The notes: generated by a model from the sequence alone, not told the origin. A stretch of DNA of 64,000 bases from the human T2T-CHM13v2.0 reference genome, Homo sapiens (GCF_009914755.1 NC_060947.1), one strand, 5' to 3'; counted from the first letter of the stretch, positions 50,931-63,790 are shown. Program-made: numbers and translations.

Positions 50931-53789
50931 AGGGACCAGGCTATACATATATTCAATCTTGTAGATAAATATCATCATGAATCATAGCAACATTTTCAAG
51001 ATGCTTTGTATGTATTTCTGTGTAACCTTTAACTGACAAGACTCCTAGCTGGACATTCCTTTACCCCTAAATCCCTTTGCTGACAAGTGGAGGGAATGAA
51101 AACATAATTGTTTTTTACTAAAAAACAGAGAATTATTTTCAGTGGGACAGGTGTCAGCTGGCTTTGTGCAGTTCATAGTTCATCTTGCTTGGGTGCACCT
51201 TCTCATATTCTGCCATCTGCTTTTCAGTGATGGATACAGCAAAAGAATTGCTAACCTGCAGCTGCCTTGTGATCTGGAACCATCCTACTGTTGGATACTT
51301 TTGATGATGTGATCTGGATGCCATTGTCTTACCTCAAAGTTTTCTCCTGACCTGAAGGATCTCTCCCTGGCCTGACAGGTGCCTACTATTTCTATTATTG
51401 GGGGAACCATTTGGGGACCACAATATTATCTCAAAAAAGTTTCCTGTAAAAATACAATACATTACAAGAGATAGAATAACCCATTAACCATTAACATAAA
51501 TGAACTTGTGTTACTATTGTGTAAAAAATGGGACAATGATAGAATGGCATTCCAGGTGGAAAAAAGCTGAGCCAAAGGGGCGCTGTCTGCTTTAGTGGAT
51601 CATCCTGGTAGAGAGGAAAGGATTCCTTAGAATGTTTGGGGCCAAGTGAAACTCCTGGCAACTTGGGAAAGTGCACTGTGAACCCCACCTTGAGGAATCT
51701 TAGAAGGGGTGTACTCTACAGAGCACCAGAAATGGTAGAGAGTTGTGGGAACTAAAGGAATAACATTTAGAATGGCAGAGAAAATAATGGAGACTGGAAA
51801 AGGAATAATGGAAAACAGGAGCAAGGATTTCAAAAGTGAGATGTCAGCAGATCAAACCACATCCCTGGAGAGAATCACTGAGAGGAATAACAGAAGAATA
51901 GGCCAAGCCACGTTACTGGGAGAATAAACGCATATTTTTGGCTCCTTTCTATGAAACCCTTACTTGTCTCAATAAACCTGTTTTCTTTTCACACATATGT
52001 TATGCAAATATTAATGTTATGCATTGATTATCTTTTTAGTATCTGTGTTGAGCCTGTTGAAGTCATCCTGCACCCAGCTGGGCTGCTGCTAAAGCTCATA
52101 CCATTAGCTTCACAGAGCAAAACATGGAGGTTCCTAGATAAGCAATTCAGATACATCCATCACATCCTTTCAATGAATATCTGACTACAAGAGCTATCAC
52201 ATGTAGTCAGAGATAAAAGTACATTCCCTGATTAATGCCTGTCAATCACCATGAAATTTCTGCTGACCTTTCTCTTCTTTCTAGATTTCCTTCAGTTAAC
52301 TCATGGCCACCAGTTTTGGACAGTACTGGCAACTCAGAGTCATGTTTACTGAGCCTCACAAATAAATGGATTGTGTTTCATTTTCTGTCTTCAAGGCTAA
52401 TTATTAGTATTATTGTTGTTGTTTATATATATTATTTAATAAAAAAGAATAGATATTACCACAATAAGAGAATGCCAATCTAATTCTGTTTATTCATTAT
52501 CAGTAACCATGATCTGTAGGATACTATCATTCTTAACAGGCACATCTTCCCAGTTTTGAGTTAAGCAGAAAGTTACCCCAAAAGTTCATCTGTTTCCTGG
52601 AGACTGAAACCAGTTTAAGTGGCCAGGAGCCCTGAAGACCTGTCTTTTGTCTTTACCTTAAGATCTACTGTTTTCTTCTTTGAGTACTTCTTCTGTAGTC
52701 TTTGAGTACTTTATTGACACTTTTCCATTAGCTTCACTCAAGCAATTGAAATATTGCACCTGGATTAGCACAAAGGATAAACCTGTAGTTTATCCTCCAT
52801 ATTTTTTGCCAGGATAAAAAACATTCTTGCTTGTCAGGGGTATCCAAGCAATATTCTCCTGCATGGATACTTATTACTAGCCTGTAAGAAAAAGGTTATA
52901 GAAATTCCTCTTTGGGGAGAATGCCATGAAGACTTTTTCTTCCCACCTAGTAAATTTCATGCAGATGCACCTCTCTGGGTACTGTAGCTGCAATTCCCTT
53001 TGGAAGTTCACCTGGCATAAATGCACCATATAGAGAAATTCCCATTGTGGTAATGCATTGCAAATATATCCCCCTTGAAACAAATATAGAATGTTTTCCT
53101 ATTGTGTAAGAGTACTTGAAGCAGTATGAAGAATTGGAATTTGATTTGCACGGTCCTGGTCTTTTAGTCACTGTGGGCACCTTCATAACATAATTGGGGA
53201 ATAGGATAAACATTCTTGTTGGACTCAAAGCCTGTTATAGGAAGCTATGTTTGGGAGACTAGGATTTGACCTGTGGTATGTCTAAAACTGAGTACTATTA
53301 CCTTGCCTATCAGTACCCAGGAATTCAGATGTCAGACAGTCATGGCATCTGAGCAGATGTACTGGTGTCCAGGGCCTCTGAGGTGATTTTCCAGCTGGTA
53401 GCCAGGTTGACACCTACCCACCATTGCTTAAAAGAGCTATGCCATAAAATTCTACCCCAGTGACCCCAAAGCTCAGAGGCTTCCCCGAACTCAGCATTCA
53501 CTACATAGTTATTGCTATGTCACCAGTGTTGCCTCCTTATTTTGCTTTGCTATGTTGTTCACAGCTTAAGTCATTGTAAGCTTCCAGCCCTTTCATATAG
53601 ATTTATTGATATGGACAGAACAACCACTGAAATGTTCACCATTGAACAAAGACCCTTAACTATAGTTACAGTCTGATGAACTAAACTGACTTGAACCAAG
53701 GACCAGAAATGATCTCTTTAATATAGAATATGCCTTGACAAAATCAAATCAACACTGGAAATATTAGAACCTTAGCCCCTGCAATAATA

Positions 53790-54035
53790 ATACCTAGCAT
53801 GTATTGAGCTCTTACTATATGCTAGTCATTGGTATGAACAAATATGCATTACTTGTAATCCTCACCACAATACAATGAAGTGTTACTATTATTTCCTTCA
53901 GGTTATAGATGAAACAACTGGTGCACAGAGAGGTGAAGTCTCTTGCTCAAGTTCGCATGGCTGGTAAAATGGCAGAGCTACGATACCAATACCTTGTGAG
54001 TCTGGCTCTGACATCAAAGCTCTTAACCACTACCT
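53790..54035 (-). mobile_element. MIR
   Basis: tattgagctcttactat...aatcctcaccacaa...atagatgaaacaactggtgcacagagaggtgaagtctcttgctcaag. Confidence 0.8.
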
Positions 54036-54159
54036 ATACTACCTTTCTGCTGCTGTCAGTCAGGAAAGTAAAACTAGTGTTCTATATTAGAATTTTTGAC
54101 TAATACTTCATTTTATCTGTATGGAAATATGCCTGGTTTCAGAAATTCTTCACCCAGTT

Positions 54160-54310
54160 TAGAAACAGTGATAGGTACTACCACTGACTTGCTGTGTCAC
54201 CTTTGCAGTTCATTTGACTTCCCAAGCCCTCATTTCCAATCTAAAAGTGTGGTGAATAACATTTGTCCCCCCCACCTGCCTGTGTTGTGAGACAATGTGA
54301 AGTCAGTGTT
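54160..54310 (+). mobile_element. MIR fragment (MIRc/MIR3-like)
   Basis: ccactgacttgctgtgtcacctt...cctcatttccaatctaaaa...tgttgtgaga. Confidence 0.55.
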
Positions 54311-54901
54311 TTTGAAAGTAGTTCTTCATTTAAAACTGGTTTCTGTTAAATTTCTCTGCCTGAGGGTTAGGGAGTCTCAAATACTAGGCAGCAGTGAAGG
54401 TAAAATACAGCATAGGTTCCAAGTTAAAAGAAAGGGAAGATTAATACCAAGTTCAGGCTAGGGAAGGGAGGAAGGAAGCTGACCTCCACACAGACCAAGG
54501 GGACCTAACAAACTAGAAAACACACTGGCAGGTCAGGGTCAGAGGAACAAAGAGAAAAGGTAGGTTTGAGCATCAGCTGGCTCTTTGCTTGTTAATCTTA
54601 GTGATTTGCTTTTTCCTGACAAAAGAGCATCCTTTGAAGGGAGAAGGAATGGGGTGGAAATCAGAGTGCTTCATGCATGAGGTTTTGTAAAATGCAATCT
54701 GTAGCACATATACAGCTACAGACACTGAGAGGAGCTCACATTCTAGGACAGTACACACATAAGATCACTCCTTCATGCCAGAATTTTCCAGCTGAGAAAA
54801 TAGTCATGTCATTTGGCTGCTGTGGGAAAGGTCTAGAGTCACCCAGGGCCTCAGAGGAGTACCATGGAATTAGAGGAATGAATTACATTAAAAATATTCT
54901 G

Positions 54902-55029
54902 AGCTTGGCGTGGTGGCATGTGCATATGGTCCCAGCTAGTTGGGAAGCTTAGGCAGGAGGACTGCGTGAGACCAGGAATTCCAGTCCAGCCTAGGCAATA
55001 TAGCAAGACTCCATCTCTAGAAAGAAAAG
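54902..55029 (+). mobile_element. FLAM_A/FAM-like Alu monomer
   Basis: ggcgtggtggcatgtgc...tcccagcta...ccagcctaggcaatatagcaagactccatctc plus A-rich tail. Confidence 0.8.
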
Positions 55030-55204
55030 ATATTTTGTCCTACAGAAAATCACATTACATCCAAACATTGTTCTTAAAATACTAAAAGGCTCAATATTCA
55101 TTCCTAGAGTAGAAAAAAAAAAAGCTATTAGACTTCCTGGAGCATTTGATATCCATTATGTTCATAGTTTAATAACAGTAACAAAACAACAATAATAACA
55201 ATAC

Positions 55205-55375
55205 CCATTCATTTTATGGCTATAATATCATGGGGATATGCTGGATGCTTTATACATATTATTTCTAACTCGCAATAATCTTATGAGGTCAGAACTCTTA
55301 TTATCCTCATTTCCTTGGTCAGAAAACTGTCCCTGAAAGATTAGAGACTTGCCTCTTGTTACATAGCTAGTTACA
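55205..55375 (-). mobile_element. MIR
   Basis: tgctttatacatattatttc...ttattatcctcattt...acatagctagt. Confidence 0.6.
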
Positions 55376-55712
55376 AACCTTGTTAGAGGCTTTCTATCTA
55401 AAATAGGACTTCTCTTTTAGATTCCATCTCTCTACCTTGTTTTCTTTCCACTCACAGCCATTACCAGTAAATATCTGAAATTAATTTGTTTCCTTGTTTA
55501 CTGTCTTTCTCCTAGGCTAAAATGGAAACGCCATGAGGGCAGAGGTTTTATTAAATTCATTAACTCAGTCTTAGAATAGTCCCAGGCATATAGTAGATGT
55601 GTGTTGTTCATAGCTGTTGAATGAATGACATAGTGGTGGAGGTGGAACTCAATCCCACATCTAAGCACCTCCAAAGCCCCTGATCTTTCGACTACTCCAT
55701 GTTGCTTTCTCT

Positions 55713-55714
<2 letters not shown>

Positions 55715-55789
<75 letters not shown>

Positions 55790-55790
55790 A
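55715..55790. repeat. Compound (TA)n(CA)n(TA)n microsatellite
   Basis: Read directly. Confidence 0.95.
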
Positions 55791-56101
55791 TATGGATTAA
55801 AAAATTGAAAGGCACAGCTTTCTGTTTTTACCCATGTTCAACTCCTCAGCAATGACACCAAGAGCAAATAATTGGCTGAGGATTTTTGACTTAATTTAAC
55901 CTAAAAATACAAACCAAAACAAAGGCCAATTTTCCATAAGTAAAATTCCTCCAAGAAGGAAACAAGGACAAAATAAATAAAAAGATAAAGAATTAACTGT
56001 AAGTTGCAGCATGGGAAATTTGATCTCTTTGCGAATTTTGTTATTATTATTGTTATTGTGATTTGTGTGTGGGTGGGATGGGAATTTGTTTTTCATTCTT
56101 A

Positions 56102-56116
56102 TCAGTAGGTGGCAGC
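56102..56116 (+). promoter_or_regulatory. Candidate CTCF core motif
   Basis: tcagtaggtggcagc matches CCASYAGRKGGCRS at 13 of 14 positions, in non-repeat DNA. Confidence 0.35.
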
Positions 56117-56790
56117 AATTTTCTTAGGCTGAGATGAGCTTAACGGTTAAAAGGGAACTAGCAAACTTTGTCCAGATGATGATAGATAAAGATTTTTTTT
56201 TTAAAGCTGAAGTTCATAAGTTCACCTTTCTTGGAATATGGTTAACTTCTAATTGAAATATAAATTGAATAACACCATCTGTTGAACATAACATCAGTGC
56301 AGGAGAATTTCTAACAACTGTATCTGACTCTGGTAACCATTTTGGAGAGTCTAATATGACTTACACAGTTGTATCATAATCATATGTAACATAAATGTGA
56401 TTTATTGATCATTCATGGTCTGCTTTTGTAACCTCCAATCTCTGCCCCCATCTTGTAAGAAATTACTTAGAACTGATTCACCTCATAGGTGTGACCAAGC
56501 AGGAACATTCTTCCCTGGTGGGTTTTTTCTCTTTTTGTGGAGAGTGCCCAGAGGATGTAGGGACAGATATGCTTAGGTCTATGTGGATTGGGATTGAATC
56601 CTATTATGGCATGCTTCCACAATACAGCCCTTGCATAACTGGCTTTAGCACAGGTGGTCACCGGTTGCTCATTTACTTGTCTGTCTTCTTCACTGGTTTG
56701 AGAAAATGAATCATGTCTTGATTTTCTAGTACTCAGCACAAAACTTAGGATGTAGTAGGTGCTCAATAAATATTTGTTCCTTGGATTTTT

Positions 56791-57454
56791 TTTTTTTTTT
56801 TAGACATGTTCTCACTCTGTCACCCAGGCTGGTGTGCAGTGGCATGATCAAAGCTCACTGCAATCTCGAATTCCTGGGAGATATGATTTGGCTCTGTGTC
56901 CCCACCCAAATCTCTTGTTGTAGCTCCCATAATTCCCACATGTTGTGGGAGGGACGCACATGTTGTGGGAGGGAGATCATTGAATCATGGGGGCAGGTCT
57001 TTCCTGTGTTGTCCTTGTGATAGTGAATGGGTCTCACAAGATCTGACGGTTTTAAAAGCGTGAATTTCTCTGCGCAATCTCTCTTTTTGCCTGCTGCCAT
57101 CCCCATAAAGTGTGACTTGCTCCTCCTTGTCTTCTGCCATGATTGTGAGGCCTCCCCTGCCACATGGAACTGTGAGTCCAATTAAGCCTCTTTCTTTCGT
57201 AAATTGCCCAGTCTCAGGTATGTCTTTATCAGCAGCATGAAAATGGACTAATACACTGGGCTCAACTGACCCTCCCACCTCAGTATCCCAAGTAGCTAGG
57301 ACTACAGGCATGTGCCACCATGCCCGGAAAATTTTTAAACAAATATTTGTAGACGCAGGTTCTTGGTATGTTTCCCAGGCTGGTCTCAAACTCCTGGCCT
57401 CAAGCTATCCTCCTGCCCTGACCTCCCAAAGTGCTGGGATCACCTTGCCTGGTC
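56791..57454 (-). mobile_element. AluJ interrupted by THE1A; inserted at the tail of an L2 (about 56670-56778)
   Basis: Alu halves at 56791-56878 and 57256-57454. TSD tgtt(c/g)ctt(g/a)gattttt. Confidence 0.9.
56879..57255 (+). mobile_element. THE1A-like (ERVL-MaLR) solo LTR
   Basis: gatatgatttggctctgtgtccccacccaaatctc...atgtctttatcagcagcatgaaaatggactaataca. 5-bp TSD ctggg at 56874-56878 and 57256-57260. Confidence 0.95.
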
Positions 57455-57668
57455 TGTTGCTTAGATTTTTGATGGTATTGTCCTGAAGCTTGCACAGTAT
57501 ATGGGAATCTTGTTGGACTTTATAAGTTCTGGTTGAGCATTTCTCATTCAGTGCTATTTGTGGGACATGACTAAAGAAAATGCCTAAATGTACATTCCCT
57601 GTGTATAAATCTGTGCAAGTATAAAGTTTTACTTGGTCAATTTGGTGCTTGTTTGTTGATCCCTTAGG

Positions 57669-57906
57669 CAAGCTTGTCCAACTGGTGGCCTGCAGGTCAC
57701 ATGTGGCCCAGGATGGCTTTGAATGTGGCCCAACACAAATTCATAAACTTTCTTAAACATTATGTGATTTTTTTTTCGATTTTTTAACTTCTTTTTTTTT
57801 TTTTTGCTCATCAGCTATTGTTAGTGTTAGTGTATTTTATGTGTGGCCCAAGCCAATTCTTCCTCCAAAGTGGTCCAGGGAAGCCAAAAGATTGGACAAC
57901 CCCCCT
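57669..57906 (+). mobile_element. MER30 (hAT-Charlie)
   Basis: caagcttgtccaac...ggcccaggatggctttgaatg...gggaagccaaaagattggaca. Flanks cccttagg / tccttaga. Confidence 0.9.
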
Positions 57907-59484
57907 TCCTTAGAGCCTTGAAGGACACATTGATATACTCACATTCTCCTCATCCTCATCTACTGAGATCAACTTTATGCTAGACTCTGGGATGCAAGTT
58001 TCTGCCTTTTAAGCTCTGGACTGCAAGATGTGTCCATGCAATCATGAGGAACAATACAACTTACCACAGATTCCAAGTGCTTGGTTAACAAGCATGAGCA
58101 GGAAGAACTCAGATAACATTATAAACTTTAGCCAAGAGGTTGTGCTAAAAGACATAAGTAGTCTGGTTATTTGAAGCCCCCTGGATAATTGAAATTTTTC
58201 ATTTTTATTGGAATGTTTGCTCTTGTTGTTATAGTAGAAACATAGCCATGCTGTGCTAGATGCTGGATGTTCACCTCTCTTTTAACATATTCAGTGCATA
58301 AATTAGCCCCAAAGAGACTAAAAACCTAATGGTTGCTTTTTTTTTTAAGAGAAATTCTTTACTGAATCAGTTACATTTTCATATGCTAATAATCAGTGAA
58401 AGAACATACCATGAATAGCTTCATAAAGTGATTGAGATTTTAGTTTTCATAGTTAATTTTAGCCTAAGCTGGCTAAAAAGAAGTGAAAAGCTCCAAGATC
58501 AAAACCATGAGTTTGATGAAAAGCAATTGTTTTATTATTTATACAAACTACTTACAGAAGAATGATTTGAAAAGCAAATGGAACTGTATTTTCATGATAA
58601 CAGTTATTCCCATTTTGTTTTCTTTAAAAAATTCTCATGTGTAACATAGAAATTTGCAAATAGAAGATAAAGAGTAAGAGTAATGCCATGTAGGGATTAC
58701 AAAATATAAGTTGCGATAAGGGGCATCAAAATGATGATAAAACCAGATAAGTTCCATCAACTTTAAGTGAATACATTATCTTCTTTGAAAGGAAAAAATA
58801 ACCTAGTGGTTTTCATTGCTATTTTCAAATAATACTTGGTGATGATTAAAGCCCACTGCATTTGCTATTGACTAGTGTTAAGGAATTGACTTTATGCCAC
58901 TACCCCTACCCCTGGCCCTGGCCCTGACTTTCCTACTATTCTTACCCCCAGGGTCTTATCCAAGATGCATTGATTTCTGTATCAGTGATTTCTTTCGAAT
59001 AGTTAACTCATTCATCAATCCTACAAGATTAACTACATCTCCAACTGCTATGGCCAATTTCTAAAGTTTATGGTCCATTTCATAAAGTCTTGTAAATCAG
59101 ACCTTATTTCCTTTTAATTATGTGTCCCTGCAGAATCCATGTGCCAGCATTGCTTCAAATTTATATGTGAGGCCCAGAACCAGAAAATCTTATCATGGGA
59201 TAATTGTTTCAAATCCTATTAAGGTCTTTTCTGTATTAAAATGGCTAAGGTTAAGAATAGCAAGTATGACAATCAACTCTGTTCTTTTTCATTTAAGATT
59301 TGGCACAAGACTCATTTATTCTTAGAAGACTTCTCTGAGAATCTACTCCTTCAAACACAACTACAACTACAACCCTCTCTGCACTCGCAGCCCACAGTAG
59401 CCGTGAATGTTACTTGCATTTCTTGGCATTTAAGTGTAGAGTTCTAACTTTAATGCTATGCTCTATATGCATGTATTTTGCATT

Positions 59485-59735
59485 ACAGCTTGGTGGTTAA
59501 TAGCTCTAACTCTGGAGTCAGACTGTTAGGGTTTGGTGCTAGCTCTGCTGTGTATTACTCGTATAATTTGAGGCAATTTACTTAACTTATTAATATCTTA
59601 CTTTTCTTATCTATTACAGGGAGATGATAATAATAGCACCTCCCTTGTAGGAGTATAAGGTAGAAAACAGTTAAAATGTTTAAATGATAAGCACATACTT
59701 GGCCCATAGTATTACGTAAATGTTAGCTCTATTGT
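59485..59735 (+). mobile_element. MIR
   Basis: gtggttaatagc...ctctggagtcagactg...ggcaatttacttaac...taaatgttagct. Confidence 0.75.
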
Positions 59736-60832
59736 TATGCTTTTGAGTGTTTCTCATTTCTGAATTATTTTGGAGGCTATTTGAATGCAAGATGCATGTT
59801 TTCAATATTCATATACCCTCTCTATGCCCATAGTGTCATGCTTAGTGCCATGAATGTATATAGTGTTTCCCAAAATAATAAAAAATGAATAGATTGTTCT
59901 AGTGATTCCAGATGTATCTATATCATGAGCTCAATATACATCATACATTCAGAAAAATATAATAGTAAAAGCAAATTCAAGCAAATGTTCCTATTAAAGG
60001 AGGCAACGGATGACTAAGAATTGGTCATGCTACACCTGAGTTGAGAGCTGGGCATGAGGAGTGTTTTCGGAAGTCTTCCTTGAAGAAGACTCATTTCAGA
60101 GTTCAGAGAGGCTGAAAAATTTTGTCCTGAGAAACAATGATGGCAGTTGAAGGTAAAAACATACTTTGAGTGAGGTAGACATGCTAGCTGTCCTCTGAGG
60201 TAAATGAAGGATGAACTTTAATTTATGTTGCCCCAGTGTATAGAGCTAAGACAAATAGATCAAAATTACAGGATGGAATATTTGGGTTCAATATAAAGAA
60301 ACACTTTCTAACCACCTAGGCTAAAGTGGAATGAGTGGCTTTGTAATTAGTTTGGCTGGTTTCACAGGCAGCCACTTTACATACACCCTGAATAGATATA
60401 AAACTGTCACTTCTGTGGTGGGGAGTTTTGAGTTGTTTTCAAGGCCAACACAGAGGCAAGATCAAATGCAGTGTCACACTGGAAGAGGTAAGAAGAGAGC
60501 TTATTTCTTCCTTTACTTCCCATTAATGAAATAAAGAAGGTGGACAAAGGTTGTTAGTGCTGTTGTACTTGTCCAGGTAACATGCTAGGAGAGCTCAAAG
60601 GAAGGAGAGTGTGATATTTGTCCTTGATGTAGATCATTCAGTATCTGTTGATCTTAAAAATCACATAGGTCACTGGTCACCAAATTTAGATTTTGCTAAT
60701 TAGTAAAATTCCCTGTGCCCTAGCCAATGCATAGAGTTGCCCTCATTTTTTCTTGCCAAGTAAGGACATTAAAAAACCAAAACTCACCTACCATTGGCTT
60801 AAATTTTCATTTCATAGAATAATCAATATTTT

Positions 60833-60978
60833 ATTTTATTTATTTATTTTTCTAGTTTTTTTCTTCAAGGTCTCAGTATGCTGCCCAGGCTGGTCTCAAA
60901 TTCCTGGGGCTCAAGTGATCCTCCCCACTTAGCCTCCCAAGGCACCAGGATTACAGGCATGAGCCACCACACTTGGCC
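60833..60978 (-). mobile_element. FLAM_C-like Alu monomer
   Basis: Reverse single monomer; aatcaatatttt occurs on both flanks. Confidence 0.85.
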
Positions 60979-62239
60979 CATTATAAAAGAATCAATATTT
61001 TTTAAAAAAGGAAATGGAACATAATCCCACAATAAAAATATTGTATTTTTTAGAGTTATGAAAAATACACATTGTCCATATTCTGCTCATTTCACTTTGG
61101 TCTGGTCAAATATAATCCTTGGCATGTATTGGGAAGAGTTCTCATGCAAGCACCTGTGAAGTATTATTTAGGCTTTAGTGATACTGTGATTGTTTCATGT
61201 GAGATTCTTAACCCCCATCCCTTCCTGGCTCCTTTTAACCCTCTTATTATGGCATTGGTGCTTTAAACCTTAATTCCCCAAAGTAACATTTATCCCGTAG
61301 ATCTCACTGAACTCCACTGGTAGATTGTCCGAACCTTATTTGGGTTTGACACCATCTGTAGGATCCTAACATAAACCTAGTATTTAGTTAGTAAGCCTGT
61401 GCTGGGGTGGTGTCTTCCAACTACTCTAAAGACCCATTAAATAATATGGTATAATATCACTATTTCAAAATGCCAAACATCTAGGAATTATAGATGCTAA
61501 AATAATGTAATCCATAAGGAATAAGGACTTTAGGAGTCTTTATTGTCTCCTAAAAGCCCTTTGAACCTGCCTGGCATAATAGACGAGGTCAAATTCTATT
61601 TTTTTTCTGTAATAGATAATATATTGAAGGAGCTCTTGGGTAAAAATGTTCTAAATATCTACCCTGACAAAAGAAGGACTCCTATCATTTTTAAAACTTT
61701 AATTCCATTTCAGAAACATTGATATGCAATTGCTTGCTACTGAACTGGAATTTGTCTACATGTGAAATCACTTTTTTGAAGCATGTTATCTGCTAATGGA
61801 ATCGTAGAACATTTTCTGGAGAGGAAAAAAAAAAGACTAATCTTTTGGCTCCACAGCATAGATAGTAGATTACCATTTGGATTAATGGCTTCTGTATTAT
61901 ATTGTTTTATTTTTAAATGCTAAGGTTCTTATTTTAAAGTCACATTATTCAGAAGCTCTTCAGATGTGTTGACATCTCAGTTTTGAGTATAATGAATGTA
62001 GGGTTTTATGCCCTTGTGAAAATTCCATTCCTAGTAGGATTCCAAATGGGGATTTAAAAAAATTATCCACATGGTCTGAATGGCTAAAATCCAGCAAATA
62101 TATCTAGAACATGACAATGCTGGGCGAGTCCTGCTGAGATCATTGCTTGAGGTACTGAGAACATTCCCAGACAAACCAATCCAACTGTGACTAATGAACA
62201 AGTTCCATTTATGATCTATAGCTTGAGAATGCTCCAGGA

Positions 62240-63540
62240 AGAATCTCCTCTTCTCTACCATTACCACCCCCACCACCTTATTCTAGGCTCTCACTTGCAC
62301 TATTGCAAGGACCACTTACCTGGCTTCTTAAATTCTATTTTGTGCCCACCCAATTGCCACTCACAGTGATCTTAAAACTTAAATCATTTCCTGACTCCCT
62401 TGCATAAAATTCTTCTTAAATGGCTTCTCCTTTCACATAAGTAAAATAGAAACCCTCAGCTCTTGCTTGCAAGACCTTGCATGGTATGGTGCCTGCTTAC
62501 GTCTACATTCATGCATGCGTTTGATCATTCAGTAAATACGTATTAAATCCTTAGCTTTTGTAAGGGGAGCAAAACAGCGAAAGATCTCTGCTCTAATGGA
62601 TTTGACATTCTGGTTGAAAGAAGCAGAAAATTGATGAAACAAAAAGGTAAAATATATAGTGTATAGCAGGATTCAGTTACCTAGGACTTGAAAGATCAAG
62701 AGGAAAGTGAAGTCACCAGAACGAGGAGAGATTGAGGATTGTATGGAAAAGCTTCTGACAAACACTGGGACCTTAGACCACGGGACTCAGACAGCCCTAG
62801 ATGGCCCTGTTGGGAGGGAGTTGGATGAATAAACACGGTGACTGTCTTTCCTATTTCAGATCTCCTCCTGGTCTTCTCTGCTAGCCAAACATAACAGGAA
62901 ACTAGAAGGATGAAAGGAGCTTATTGATGTAGCCCAAATGATCAGTCTTGGAGAGAGGAACAGAGAACAGGATGAAGAAGGTTGGGGAGTGTGGAGGGCA
63001 AAAAGAAGGGATGCAGTATAAGGTTGTGATTTTAAGTGGGGTGATCAGGGAAGTCCTCGCTGAAAGCTTCATCTCAACAAAGTGTCCCTGTCACTCTCTT
63101 TTGTCTAAATGCACTGGCTTTCTTACATATACTCAGCTCTGCCTTGCTCCCACCTATCTGGGCTCAGGGCCTTTGCATATGTTGATACTCCTATCTGAAA
63201 TGGTTCTTCCTTCCCTTCCCCTTTAATTAATTAACTTAATTGAGTTGGAGTTAGTTGCTTAATTAACTCCTGTTCCACAGATGGAAGCTCTGGTGTCCTT
63301 TCTTCAAGAAAGCCTTCCCTGAGACCTTAGCCTATTCAGATACCCGCTGTTCTGTGCTCCATCTTCTGTACTTCTCCTGCTGTGTGCCATCCATATTTAT
63401 TTGACTAATTAATATTTGTCCTGCTCACTCGACCTTAAGGTACATAAAGACAGGGAATATGTCCGTGTTCTCCTTCACTATATTCACAGAGTTTGGAATG
63501 CAGTATGTAGTGAATAAATATTTAATTATTGAGTGATTGA
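62240..63540 (+). mobile_element. L2 (+; about 62240-62510 and 63085-63540) enclosing an inverted L2 piece and an old ERVL-like LTR (about 62665-63005)
   Basis: L2 motifs caagaccttgcatg, ctcagggcctttgcatatg, agccttccctga and aataaatattt. Reverse L2 tail cattcagtaaatacgtattaa at about 62526. LTR33/41-like ggagcttattgatgtagccc. Confidence 0.55.
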
Positions 63541-63790
63541 AGATTAGTAAATAGGAAAAAGTCACACTGAGAGATCCCTTGTCCTAAACTCCTCATTACT
63601 TTATATCTATTGTCTTTTTTGTGACTATGTATCTTTGGGTTATCAGAGTTCTAAATCCTCCATGAAAACTATTTTGGACTTCTCTAGTTCACATTAATCT
63701 CTTCTTTTTCTGGACTCAAATTGAGGGTGTGTTCAGAATCTCACAGTTTAGCACCTAGAACTGATACCTTAAGATCTGTGCATTTTACTG

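Noticed and set aside
56975-56988. DUX4 site within THE1A
   Set aside because: It reads tcattgaatca, with the first homeobox half-site altered relative to TAAT/TGAT.
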